Shown: positions 1-9,383 of the stretch, piece by piece
Position numbering within the stretch: the first letter of the stretch is position 1
How the letters are laid out: every line of letters starts with the position of its first letter
From: Candidatus Latescibacterota bacterium
Lineage (GTDB): Bacteria > Latescibacterota > UBA2968 > UBA8231
Reading direction: 5' to 3'
Assembly (NCBI GenBank): GCA_965206595.1
Contig: OZ242214.1
Coordinates: forward strand, 4,352,001-4,416,000
DNA length: 64,000 nucleotides
Notes under the pieces: generated by a model
Told to the model about the DNA's origin: nothing
Databases searched by the model: none
The model's input: the letters and a program-made list of their open reading frames with translations, nothing else
Position numbers and translations under genes: made by a program

Positions 1-2389
1 CACCCTGCGCCTGCCCGCGGAGGTCGAGGACCGCGGCGCCCGCGTCTCCTTCTCGCTGCCCGTCGCCACGGGCCCCAGCAGCGTCGCCGCAACCTCCGCA
101 ACGAACCGCCGCCTGTACTACGTCGACCTGATGGACCGCAAAGGGATTTCCAATCGCGACCCGATCCGCTACGCCATCGAGGTGCTGCCGGACCAGAAAC
201 CCCGGGTCGCCATCGTCGAGCCGGGGGAAGACATCGATCTCCCCGAGTCCAAGGTGGTGGGCCTGGGCATAGAGGGAAGCGATGATTTCGGCATCGCCTC
301 CCTCGAGTTGCTGTTTCGCAAGAACGGCGGCAGCGAGGGCTCCACGCCCTTGAGCTTGCGGCCGGGCCCGCGGGTCGTCGTCGATCACCTGTGGGATCTA
401 GCCCCTCTTGACCTGCTGCCCGAAGACCGCGTCACCTACCGCGTGCGCGCCACCGACAACGACGCCGTCACGGGACCGAAGAGCAGCTATTCGAAGGAGT
501 TTGCGGTGCGTTTCCAGTCGATGTTCGAGCTCCTGGACGAAGTCTCCGAGCAGCAGAGCGAAACAGTGATGTCGGTGGAGGAGCTGATCGACCAGGAGCG
601 CAGCGCCCGGCAGTATCTCGAGCAGGTGCGCAGAGAGGTTCTGAAAACCGAGGAGCTCAGCTGGGAGCAGAAACGGGAGCTGGAAGCGGCGCTCGACCGT
701 GAGCGCGAGCGCGCCCAGGCCCTGGAAGAGGCGGCGCAGGAGCTGGCCGAGGTGGCGAAAAAGTTGTCGGAGCAGGGTCTGGGTTCGCGGGAGCTCCTCG
801 ACAAGATGGAGGAGATCCGCGAGCTGATGGAGGAGATCGCCTCCCCCGAGCTGCTCGAGGCCCTGCGCGAGCTTGAGCAATCGGCCGGCGAACTCGACCC
901 GGAACAGCTGGCGGAAACGCTGAAGAAATTCAGCGAGGAGTACGAGGTTTTCGAGCAGCGTCTCGACCGCACCCTGGCGCTGCTGCGCCAGGTTCAGGCC
1001 GAGCAGCAGCTCGACGCCGCGGTCGAAAAGGCCCGCGACCTGCTCGCCCGGCAGGAGAGAATCGACGAAGAACTCGCCTCCGCTTCCGAGGCCGCGGCGC
1101 GCCTGGAGGCACTGGAGGAGTCGTTGGCCCGCGACTCCGAGCGCCTGCGCGGGGATCTCGAGGAGGCCGCCGGGGCGCTGACCCCGATCAGCCCGGGCAG
1201 CTCGGAAGCCCTGAGCCGCGAGGCGGCCGAAATGGAGCAGCGCGACCTCGCCGGGCGCATGAGGGAAATGGCTGCGAGCCTTGGGGAAGGGAGGCATCAG
1301 CATGCCCGGAGCCTCGGCAAGGGGCTCGAGGAGGATCTCGGCGAACTGGCCGCGGACCTCGAAAACCTCCGGGACCAGTTCTCCGCCGAGGAGAGGGGCC
1401 GCCTTGTCGACCAGTTGCGCGCCGCCATGGCCGGGCTGATCGACCTTTCGCACAGTCAGGAGGAGCTGTCGCGGCGCACCCGGCGGGAACGGGACGGGGC
1501 AGCGGCCGCCGCCCTCGCCGACGAGCAGTTCGCCCTGCTGCGCGGCACCGATGCCGTCATCTCCGAGCTGGCGAGCGCCGGCCAGCAGACCCTGAGCCTG
1601 GACCGCGCCGTTGTCGTCACTACCGGGTATGCGCGGCGGCGGATGCAGGAGTCGGGACGCCGGCTCGGGCAGCGGGAGGCCGGACAGTCGCTGCCGAGCC
1701 AGTCCGAGGCCTACGGCTACCTGAACGAGGCCGCCAACCTGCTGCGCAGGAGCATCGAGGACGTCGCCTCGTCCTTCATGCCGTCCGGGTTCGCCGAGGC
1801 GATGGAGAAACTCATGGGGCTTTCAGAACAGCAGGCCGCCCTCAACCAGGCTACCCGGGAGGCGATCGAGGGCCAGGAGGCACCGGGCAGAGATCGCGGG
1901 GGATCCGGCCGCGGCGCCAACGCGAGAGCGGAAATGGGGCGACTGGCCGCGGAGCAGCGGAGTATCATGCAGGCGCTGTCCGAGATCGAGCGCAGCCTGC
2001 GCGGCCATCGCGGCGCCGAAAAACGGATGCAGGGGATCGCCGCGGAGATGAAGGGAGTGCTGCGCGACATGCAACAGGGCCGGCCCCATCCCCGTATCAA
2101 CCAGGCGCAGGAGCGGATCTACCAGCGCATGCTCGATGCCAGCCGTTCCATCTACTCCCGTGGATTCAAGAAGAAGAGGCAGTCCGAAACCGGCGCCGAC
2201 AGCGACTACGCCGGACCGATGTTGATACCGGACGATCTCGGCCAGCGCCCCGACCACTGGCGCGAGGCGATGAAACGCGCCCTGGCCGGCAACCTGCCCC
2301 GGGAGTACCGCGAGCTGGTGCGCCGGTACTACGAGTCGGTCTACGCCGACATCGCCGCCCGCCCCGACTCCCTGGAAGGACTTCCGTGA
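1..2389 (+). CDS. DUF4175-like large coiled-coil protein (5' end outside window)
   Basis: Frame is open from base 2 to the TGA at 2389. DxxPxV-I..PGEDI / SDDFGI / RVTYRVRATDNDAVTGPK motifs are followed by long E/Q/L-rich heptads and end in YRELVRRYYE. Confidence 0.7.
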   Translation, partial: TLRLPAEVEDRGARVSFSLPVATGPSSVAATSATNRRLYYVDLMDRKGISNRDPIRYAIEVLPDQKPRVAIVEPGEDIDLPESKVVGLGIEGSDDFGIASLELLFRKNGGSEGSTPLSLRPGPRVVVDHLWDLAPLDLLPEDRVTYRVRATDNDAVTGPKSSYSKEFAVRFQSMFELLDEVSEQQSETVMSVEELIDQERSARQYLEQVRREVLKTEELSWEQKRELEAALDRERERAQALEEAAQELAEVAKKLSEQGLGSRELLDKMEEIRELMEEIASPELLEALRELEQSAGELDPEQLAETLKKFSEEYEVFEQRLDRTLALLRQVQAEQQLDAAVEKARDLLARQERIDEELASASEAAARLEALEESLARDSERLRGDLEEAAGALTPISPGSSEALSREAAEMEQRDLAGRMREMAASLGEGRHQHARSLGKGLEEDLGELAADLENLRDQFSAEERGRLVDQLRAAMAGLIDLSHSQEELSRRTRRERDGAAAAALADEQFALLRGTDAVISELASAGQQTLSLDRAVVVTTGYARRRMQESGRRLGQREAGQSLPSQSEAYGYLNEAANLLRRSIEDVASSFMPSGFAEAMEKLMGLSEQQAALNQATREAIEGQEAPGRDRGGSGRGANARAEMGRLAAEQRSIMQALSEIERSLRGHRGAEKRMQGIAAEMKGVLRDMQQGRPHPRINQAQERIYQRMLDASRSIYSRGFKKKRQSETGADSDYAGPMLIPDDLGQRPDHWREAMKRALAGNLPREYRELVRRYYESVYADIAARPDSLEGLP

Positions 2390-3801
2390 GAGGACGCGGA
2401 CTGCTGTGCTGCCTCTGTTTATGGGCCGCGCTAAACGCCCAGGCCGGGGCGGACTCCGGCGGCGGATTCCGGCCGAAGCGGAGCCATCCATGGGAGCTCT
2501 GCCTCGAGCACCTTGCGGCCGGGCGCTACCCCGAGGCAGTCAGCGCCGCCCTCGACTACCTCGACTCGGAACCGCAGCACTTCCCCCTGGTCGAGAGCCA
2601 CTTCGAGAAGATCGCCGGCGCCGGTGACGGAAACGCGCCCGGGCAACTGGAGCAGAGAACAGCGGCCATCGTCGGTGCCTTGCGCACCGCCATGGACGAC
2701 CCGGACCGCGACCCCCTGCACGCAGCTATGCTGCTGGCCGCGGTCTCGCTGCGGACCGGAGAACCGGAGTCCGGCCTGGAGGCGCTCCTCGAAATCGAGA
2801 AGCGCGCCGATATCGGCGGTGCCTTGTACGAATTCGCCGCCAGCTGCGAGGCTGCCGGTTTCTACGCGGTGGCCGCGCAAAGCTACCAGCATTTCTCCGC
2901 CAGCCCACAGGGGGATCGCCGCTACCGGGCAGGGTCGCTGCTCAAGGAGGCGGGGCTCTACGAGCGGCAGGGGCGGCACGACCAGGCGTTGTCCGTGTAC
3001 CGCCAGGTCGCCGAGAGGTATCCCCGCGAGCCGGAGAGCCGCGAGGCGATCTACCGGCAGGGGCGCCTGCTGCTGCTGGCCTACGGCGACGCCGAGACCG
3101 CACGCCTGCTGCTGGCCCCCCTGGCTGCCGGCCGCGGCGGATACCGCTCGGCGGATGCCGTCCTGCTGCTGGCCGAATGCGACCTCGCCTTGGGCGACCT
3201 CGGCGCCGCCAGGGACCGCTACCGCGCCCTCCTCGACGCCTCCGCCGGAGACCGGGCGGCGCGCTACGGGCTCGGCCGCCTCGCCTACCTGCACGCCGAC
3301 TTCGAAGCCGCCCTCGCCCATTTCGACACCCTGCTGGCGGCGCAGCCGGGGCACGAGCTGGCCAACGACGCCCTGGAAATCGTCACCCTGATCGAGGCGC
3401 AGCGCGGCAACGAGGGCGAGCTTGCGCTCTACGCGACGTCGCTGCTCTACCAGCACCAGAGGCGGCACGCAGAGGCGGCCAGGGTCCGGGGGGAGCTGTA
3501 CGGCGCAGCGGAGGGTATAAAGGTCCGCGCCATGCTCGATCAGGCGCGGACCTGCGAGGCGCGCGCGCGCCCTGACAGCGCCCTGGCCGGGTACGCGGAG
3601 GTCGCAGGGTCATTTCCAGGGCGGCGCGAAGCCCTTACCGCGCTCATCCTGCAGGCGCGGCTGCTCGAGAAACAGGGCCGTTCCCTCGAGGCTCTGCACA
3701 CCTGGGAAAGCGCCCTTCTGGGATTCCCCGGCGACGCCCGGGCCCCTCAGGTCCGTCTCGAGGTACAGCGGCTGCGGCCCCTGTACCGGGAAACGGGCTG
3801 A
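2386..3801 (+). CDS. Tetratricopeptide-repeat protein, probably exported
   Basis: GTGA overlap with upstream stop; signal-like N-terminus; repeated TPR helices (ALSVYRQVAERYP, ARYGLGRLAYLHADFEAA). Confidence 0.75.
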   Translation: MRGRGLLCCLCLWAALNAQAGADSGGGFRPKRSHPWELCLEHLAAGRYPEAVSAALDYLDSEPQHFPLVESHFEKIAGAGDGNAPGQLEQRTAAIVGALRTAMDDPDRDPLHAAMLLAAVSLRTGEPESGLEALLEIEKRADIGGALYEFAASCEAAGFYAVAAQSYQHFSASPQGDRRYRAGSLLKEAGLYERQGRHDQALSVYRQVAERYPREPESREAIYRQGRLLLLAYGDAETARLLLAPLAAGRGGYRSADAVLLLAECDLALGDLGAARDRYRALLDASAGDRAARYGLGRLAYLHADFEAALAHFDTLLAAQPGHELANDALEIVTLIEAQRGNEGELALYATSLLYQHQRRHAEAARVRGELYGAAEGIKVRAMLDQARTCEARARPDSALAGYAEVAGSFPGRREALTALILQARLLEKQGRSLEALHTWESALLGFPGDARAPQVRLEVQRLRPLYRETG

Positions 3802-3808
3802 AGCGAAG

Positions 3809-5089
3809 ATGACAAGGGTTGTGAAGCGACTCCGGATCGGCCTGCTCGGGGCGCTGATCTGCGCCCTGACGGGGCCCGCAGCGGCGCAACGGATCCTGGT
3901 GCCGATGGACCTCCCCCAGACAGAGCACCTCAAGGCCTACGGCCTCGCCCTGTGGATTCTCGACCGCGGCGTCCCGCTCGAGTGGCTCCTCAACTACCGC
4001 GGCGGCTCCTTCCTCGTCGAAGCCCACCCGCTGATCGCCGCCGAGGCCGGCATCCGCGGCATCGCCACCGAAACGATCTCCGAAGGGGAGGCAGCCGGTA
4101 TCTACGCCGTGATCGACGCCGGCAACATGGAAGTCGTCCGCCTCGACAAGGCCCCCCGCATCGCCGTGTACACGCCGCCCAACTCCCAGCCCTGGGACGA
4201 CGCCGTAACCCTGGCGCTGCAGTACGCCGGTATCGAGTACGACCGTCTCTTCGATGCAGAGGTGCTCGCCGGCAAGCTCGAGGACTACGACTGGCTGCAC
4301 CTGCACCACGAGGACTTCACCGGCCAGTACGGGAAGTTCTACGCCAGCTACCGGCGCCAGCCCTGGTACCAGGATCAGCAGCGGCTGTACGAGGCCATGG
4401 CCGCTGAGCTGGGTTTCGCCAAGGTATCCGAGCAGAAGAAGGCAGTGGCGCGCAAGATCCGGGACTACATGAACGGGGGCGGGTTCGTCTTCGCGATGTG
4501 CTCGGCAACCGACACCTTCGACATCGCGCTGGCGGCCGAAGGGGTCGACATCGCCGCGGCGGTATTCGACGGAGACTCCGCGGATCCCCAGGCCCAGGAG
4601 AAGCTCGACTACAGCCGCACCGTGGCGTTCGAGAACTTCCGCCTCGAGCCCGACCCGATGGTCTACGAGCACTCCGACATTGACACCACGCCGCGCGACG
4701 TCCGCCGGGTGAGAACCGCGGAAGCGGAGTATTTCACCCTGTTCGAGTTCTCGGCCAAGCACGACCCGGTCCCGGCGATGCTGACCCAGTGCCACACCAA
4801 CATCGTCGACGGCTTCCTCGGGCAGACCACCGGCTTTCGACGCTCGCTGGTCAAGGAATCGGTGATCGTCCTGGGCGAGGTCGAGGGAACGGAGGTCGTC
4901 AAGTACATCCACGGCCGCGTCGGCAAGGGGACCTTTACCTTCTACGGGGGCCACGATCCCGAGGACCACAAGCACCATGTCGGCGACCCGCCGACGAGGC
5001 TTTCCCTGTTCCCCAACTCTCCCGGTTACCGCCTCATCCTGAACAACGTGCTGTTTCCCGCCGCGAAGAAGAAAGAACGCAAGACATGA
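3809..5089 (+). CDS. Conserved exported protein (FCB-group family often mislabelled asparagine synthetase B)
   Basis: Signal peptide; ILVPMD..Q.EHLKAYG, WLLNYRGGSF, PWDDAVTLAL, DWLHLHHEDFTGQYGKF, FAMCSATD and GGHDPED motifs. Confidence 0.7.
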   Translation: MTRVVKRLRIGLLGALICALTGPAAAQRILVPMDLPQTEHLKAYGLALWILDRGVPLEWLLNYRGGSFLVEAHPLIAAEAGIRGIATETISEGEAAGIYAVIDAGNMEVVRLDKAPRIAVYTPPNSQPWDDAVTLALQYAGIEYDRLFDAEVLAGKLEDYDWLHLHHEDFTGQYGKFYASYRRQPWYQDQQRLYEAMAAELGFAKVSEQKKAVARKIRDYMNGGGFVFAMCSATDTFDIALAAEGVDIAAAVFDGDSADPQAQEKLDYSRTVAFENFRLEPDPMVYEHSDIDTTPRDVRRVRTAEAEYFTLFEFSAKHDPVPAMLTQCHTNIVDGFLGQTTGFRRSLVKESVIVLGEVEGTEVVKYIHGRVGKGTFTFYGGHDPEDHKHHVGDPPTRLSLFPNSPGYRLILNNVLFPAAKKKERKT

Positions 5090-5167
5090 AGCCAGCTCGA
5101 AACAGAGAGTCGGGTAATGTGCGACTGGGAGCAGCATGAGGGGGCTGCCGGCCCGGAGCGGCCGCGG

Positions 5168-5268
5168 CTGAACGAGGAGGAGGAGTAGCGCGAGCTGTTC
5201 GAGGAGTGCCACGACGCCATGGCGGTCATCGCCCGTGGCGGGACATCCTCGACGCCAACCACGCGGCC
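5168..5268 (+). pseudogene. Relic of a PAS-domain sensor
   Basis: Reads LNEEEE*RELFEECHDAMAVIARG/DILDANHAA, resembling the PAS N-terminal consensus EERYRxLFE..DAI.V.D..G.I.D.N.AA. Has a stop and a frameshift. Confidence 0.45.
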
Positions 5269-5354
5269 CCGGAAGCCGTCTTTTGCGAAGTCGCTCGAAT
5301 TCTCAAACCCGTGGCGGCTAGGTGTTTTTCGACATCCATCCCTTAAACCGGGCT

Positions 5355-6155
5355 TCAGTCCAGAACCATGCCGCCGCTGACGTTTATCGTCTGCCCGGTG
5401 ACGTTGCGCGCCTCATCGGAGGCGAGGAAGGCGACCATGTTGCCGATGTCCTCGGGCGACTGCTCGCGCTGCATCGGCGTCGAGTTGGCGATGAACAGGT
5501 CGAACACCTCGCGGGCGCTCTTGCCGGCATAGGCGGGATCCACCTCGGCGAGCTTCGGCGCCAGGGTGTGCCAGAAGTTGGTCCACACGAACCCGGGGCA
5601 TACGGCGTTTACGGTGATGTTGTGCGGTCCCAGGTCCTTGGCGGTCAGCCGCGTCAGGCTGAGCATGGCGTTCTTGGCCGCGGCGTAGGTCGGCAGGAAG
5701 GTCGGGTCGCGTCTGGCGGCGGCGGAAGAGATGTTGACGATCTTGCCGTAGCGGCGCTCGATCATGTGCGGGGCGAGCGCCTTGCAGAGGAAGAAGGGGC
5801 CCTTGACGTGCACGTCGTAGTTGCTGTCCCACTCCTCGCCGGTGAAGTTGGTGAACGGGGCGCCGACGATGCTGCCGAAGTGGCCGGCGTTGTTGACGAG
5901 AATGTCGATATGGCCCAAGCGCTCGATGGCCTGGGCAACGAGGTCCTGGCAGGCGGATTCATCCGTTATGTCGGCGGCGATGGCGATCGCGGTTGTCCCC
6001 TCGCTCTTGAGTTTGTCCGCGGTGGCCCGCGCCCTGTCGCCGTCGATGTCGGTCGCCGCTATCGCCGCCCCTTCGCGCGTCAGGCATTTCGATATGCCGA
6101 TGCCCATGCCGCCCCCGGCGCCGGTGACGATGGCGGTCCTGTCTTTGAGTCGCAT
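5355..6155 (-). CDS. Short-chain dehydrogenase/reductase (SDR)
   Basis: TGAGGGMG, DILVNNAG, NISS, YAAAK catalytic motif. Confidence 0.92.
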   Translation of the reverse strand: MRLKDRTAIVTGAGGGMGIGISKCLTREGAAIAATDIDGDRARATADKLKSEGTTAIAIAADITDESACQDLVAQAIERLGHIDILVNNAGHFGSIVGAPFTNFTGEEWDSNYDVHVKGPFFLCKALAPHMIERRYGKIVNISSAAARRDPTFLPTYAAAKNAMLSLTRLTAKDLGPHNITVNAVCPGFVWTNFWHTLAPKLAEVDPAYAGKSAREVFDLFIANSTPMQREQSPEDIGNMVAFLASDEARNVTGQTINVSGGMVLD

Positions 6156-6182
6156 GCTGGTCTCCCTTGGATATTTTCGGTT

Positions 6183-7232
6183 TCAGGCCAACTCGGAAGG
6201 CAGGTCGAGTCCGAAGCGGGCGGCCGCGGCCCGCAGCTTGGCCACGGTGCCTGCCGGCAGCGGTATGCCGCGGGCCGATCTCTCTTCGAACGCTTCCTGC
6301 TCGAGGTCGCCGGGCACCTTGAGCGGACCGGCGCCCTCGTGGGTCGGCAGTCCTGCCATGGTGTCGGCGAGCTGGTCGACGTCGTCGCGAAAGGCGTCGA
6401 GGTCGGTGAAGGTGGCGATGTCGATGGCGGCGACGAAGCTGTTCTGCGTTCCCCAGCCGACGTCCCCGCCATGCAGCCACGGGGTCAGCAGCGGGTTGCC
6501 GGACATCAGGCTCGACATGCACTCGAACAGCAGCGCCAGGCCGTACCCCTTGTAGCCTGCGGCGGGGCGGACGAAAGCGGCCTTTGCCGGGTCGGTGGTG
6601 ACGTTGCCGTCCTCGTCGAGGGCCCAGTCGTCGGGAATCGCAAGTCCCTTGTCGAGGGCCACGCCGACCTTGCCGTGGGCGACGACGCTGGTCGCCATGT
6701 CGAGGCTGATCGGGACGCGGTTGCGCCCCGGGGCGGCGATGGCGATCGGGCTGTTGTGGGTGCCCCCCGTCTTCGCCCCCGGCGGCGCCATGTTGGCCGG
6801 ACAGCTGGTCACCACGGCGATGCCGACCAGTCCCTGCGCCGCCGCAAGGTGGGTGTAGTACGCCATGCAGCCCTGGTGGCGGGTGTTGCGAATGAGGCTC
6901 CAGCCGATGCCGACGTCGCGCGCCTTGGCGATCGCCTTGTTCATCGCCGGCACCGTGACCACCGGCCCGAAGGCGTGGTCGGCCTCCATCAGCAGGATCG
7001 CCGCGGTCTCCTTTTCGATCCGCACGTTCGGCCGCGGGCGCACGTACCCCTTGTCGACCCAGTCGATGTACGCCCCGACGAGCTGCACCCCGTGCGAGTC
7101 GACGCCGCGCATGTTGCTCCACACCAGGACCTCGGCCTCGAGGGCCGCGTCTTCGTCCGGCATTCCCAGGGCGGCGAATATCCGCGTCGCAAACTCCTGC
7201 AGCCGCCCTTCTTCGATCCGCGCATCACTCAT
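6183..7232 (-). CDS. Ldh_2 family (malate/L-lactate/ureidoglycolate-type) dehydrogenase
   Basis: RGVDSHG, NSPIAIAAP, LDMATS, GYKGYGL, PGD motifs. Confidence 0.88.
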   Translation of the reverse strand: MSDARIEEGRLQEFATRIFAALGMPDEDAALEAEVLVWSNMRGVDSHGVQLVGAYIDWVDKGYVRPRPNVRIEKETAAILLMEADHAFGPVVTVPAMNKAIAKARDVGIGWSLIRNTRHQGCMAYYTHLAAAQGLVGIAVVTSCPANMAPPGAKTGGTHNSPIAIAAPGRNRVPISLDMATSVVAHGKVGVALDKGLAIPDDWALDEDGNVTTDPAKAAFVRPAAGYKGYGLALLFECMSSLMSGNPLLTPWLHGGDVGWGTQNSFVAAIDIATFTDLDAFRDDVDQLADTMAGLPTHEGAGPLKVPGDLEQEAFEERSARGIPLPAGTVAKLRAAAARFGLDLPSELA

Positions 7233-7396
7233 GTCGTCTGTCGTCCTGTCTCATGTTCCCTCGCTGTTGTTGGCGCGAATCTGCCACGGCCCTCCGGCGT
7301 GCCGCTTGCCTGCCTGACTCTGCTTCCTCGCGAATCGCCGATGCCTTCGACCTCGGGGCTGGCGGCAGTTCCATCCGTTTTTGAAAGGAAGGCAGA

Positions 7397-8632
7397 TCAG
7401 CCGCCCTCCATGGACTGTATGCTGTAGTAGCCGGCGTAGAACTCCCGGCTCAGGTCGCGCACCCAGTCGCGGTCCCCGGCCTGCTCCCCGAACCTGAGCA
7501 ACCCGAACTCCTCCAGCTCCTCGTCGGGCTCGCCGCCGGTTGCCCACTCCGCGAGCCAGCGGCCGACCGCGGCCGATCCGGCGATGCCGACCGCGGCGCA
7601 TCCCGAGGCGACGATCAGCCCCTCGGCTCCCGGCACCGGGCCGATGAGATAGCGGCCGTCAGGGGCGAAGGTGGTGATTCCCTGGCGGTACTCGGCTATC
7701 TCGAGGTCGGCGAGCACCGGAAAGCAAGGGGCCAGCCGGCTCCTGGCCTCGGCGATGGTGGCCAGCGGTTCGGCGACGTCGCTGCTGCGGAAGCCGGCGG
7801 GAAGCCCGTCCAGGTCTATGAGGTGGGGCTCCGGCTCGAAGAAGCCGTACAGGTACCCGCCCTGGTCGGGGCGCAGGTAGCAGCTGACGTCGGTGACGCG
7901 GATCACGGGATGGTCCTCCGGGATGCCGGCGACCGGCACGGTGCGGGCGCGCTGGTGGCGTATCGTCTGCATCGGCAGCTCGAGGCCGGCGAGCCGGGCG
8001 ATTCTCCCGGTCCAGGGGCCGCAGGCGACGATCACCCGCTCCGCGGCCCGCGGTCCGCTGTCGGTGCTCACGCCGCGCACCCTGCCGTTTTCCACGGCGA
8101 GGCCGGTCACCTCGACCCCGCATTCGATTTCGACGCCCCCTTCCCTCGCCGCGGCGCCGTAGGCGAGGGCGCACTGACGCGCGTCGACGTACCCGTCCCC
8201 CTCGACGAAAAGCCCCCCAGGCAGCCGCTCGACCTCCATCTCCGGGCACATCCTCTTCATCTCGCCGCAACCGGTCACCGCGGCCCGCACCCCGGTCCGG
8301 TCGGCGAGATCGATCAGTCTCCGGTACGCCTCCATGCGCTCCTCGGTGAGGGCGACCATCAGGCTGCCGGGCCGGCGCAGGCCGGGGTCGTGGCCGGTTT
8401 CCCCGGCGAAGCGGTCGAGCAGGTCGAGGGCGTAGCGGATGGCGGCGCACATGGTCTGCGAGGAGCGTATCTGCCCGACGAGCCCGGCGGCCCTCGGGGT
8501 GGTTTCGTCGGCGAGGTCGGCGTTGCGCTCCAGCAGGCGCACGCTGCCGGCGCCGCGGGCGGAGAGATGGTAGGCGGTGCTCAGCCCCCAGATGCCGCCG
8601 CCGACCACGAGGAAGTCGGAGGGTTTTCTTAT
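7397..8632 (-). CDS. FAD-dependent oxidoreductase (DAO / sarcosine-dimethylglycine oxidase-like); start codon uncertain
   Basis: DFLVVGGGIWG Rossmann motif, TTPRAAGLV, VACGPW, TTFAPDG. No ATG upstream of the FAD motif; the nearest candidate is ATA at 8632. Confidence 0.8.
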   Translation of the reverse strand: MRKPSDFLVVGGGIWGLSTAYHLSARGAGSVRLLERNADLADETTPRAAGLVGQIRSSQTMCAAIRYALDLLDRFAGETGHDPGLRRPGSLMVALTEERMEAYRRLIDLADRTGVRAAVTGCGEMKRMCPEMEVERLPGGLFVEGDGYVDARQCALAYGAAAREGGVEIECGVEVTGLAVENGRVRGVSTDSGPRAAERVIVACGPWTGRIARLAGLELPMQTIRHQRARTVPVAGIPEDHPVIRVTDVSCYLRPDQGGYLYGFFEPEPHLIDLDGLPAGFRSSDVAEPLATIAEARSRLAPCFPVLADLEIAEYRQGITTFAPDGRYLIGPVPGAEGLIVASGCAAVGIAGSAAVGRWLAEWATGGEPDEELEEFGLLRFGEQAGDRDWVRDLSREFYAGYYSIQSMEGG

Positions 8633-8713
8633 CTTGAGACCTTTTGGATCAGACCTGGCAAAATGGTAAATGACGAGTGGTTTCAGGAGATGGAACTGCC
8701 GAAAGCAAAACCC

Positions 8714-9058
8714 TCATCCAGTGAGAAGGACCGTCAGCTTTTCCATGACTTCCCCCACCACCTGCGCCGGGGCTCGACACCCGAAGCCGGTTCGTCGTGC
8801 CCGCCAGTCCAGGCTCTTGACCTGGTCGGCCAGGACGACACCGGTAACGGGACTGGCGGGTGGGAGGGAAACCTCGAAGGGGTAGCCCTTGACCCTGGAA
8901 GTGATGGGGCAGCATAACGCCAGAGAGGTTTTCTCGTTGTAGCTTTGCGGACTGAGGACCAGCGCGGGCCGCCCCCCAGCCTGTTCATGTCCAGCCTGGG
9001 GAGAAAAGGCAAGCCAGACAATGTCCCCCCTGCCCGGGACATACCCTCGCTCTACCAT
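8714..9058 (-). CDS. mazF: MazF/PemK endoribonuclease toxin
   Basis: YVPGRGDIVWLAFSPQAGHEQAGGRPALVLSP...CPITS..KGYPFEV..DQVKSLDWRAR. Confidence 0.93.
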   Translation of the reverse strand: MVERGYVPGRGDIVWLAFSPQAGHEQAGGRPALVLSPQSYNEKTSLALCCPITSRVKGYPFEVSLPPASPVTGVVLADQVKSLDWRARRTGFGCRAPAQVVGEVMEKLTVLLTG

Positions 9059-9291
9059 GCCTCGTTGCCCTGGGCCGGGCCGGTGTCCGCCTCGGGATGA
9101 AGATTGTCCTCCGTCACCTGGTCCAGCATGTCGTCCAGGTTATAGGTCTTCTTGCGCATCACGACCTGGTCGCCCTGCGAGATCATCTCGATGGAAGAGC
9201 CTTCCTGAACGCCCCATTGCTCGGCGATCGGCTTGGGGATGCGCACGGCCAGGCTGGTGCCCCATCTGGCGATGTGGGATTTCGCTCCCAT
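9052..9291 (-). CDS. mazE: MazE/AbrB antitoxin
   Basis: MGAKSHIARWGTSLAVRIPK...YNLDDMLDQVTEDNLH.E.DTG...GNEAW; GGAGG RBS; overlaps the mazF start. Confidence 0.9.
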   Translation of the reverse strand: MGAKSHIARWGTSLAVRIPKPIAEQWGVQEGSSIEMISQGDQVVMRKKTYNLDDMLDQVTEDNLHPEADTGPAQGNEAW

Positions 9292-9308
9292 ACGAATACC
9301 TCCCGGTG

Positions 9309-9330
9309 TTGTATATATACAATATATATC
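9309..9330. promoter_or_regulatory. Putative mazEF operator palindrome
   Basis: Perfect palindrome TTGTATATATACAA (9309-9322) followed by ATATATATC; an AT-rich patch just upstream of mazE. Confidence 0.6.
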
Positions 9331-9383
9331 TTTTGCAGCGATACCCTCCAAGCGGCCCCCTTTCCGATTCAAACCATTCCTGC

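Noticed and set aside
3809-5089. Genuine asparagine synthetase
   Set aside because: Has a signal peptide and lacks the N-terminal Cys Ntn domain and SGGLDS motif.
5322-7427. Long antisense ORFs (also 23088-25223, 27826-29946, 22435-24777, 10439-11986, 59538-61019)
   Set aside because: Shadow frames of real high-GC genes on the other strand or frame; no motifs; Arg/Pro/Gly-rich.
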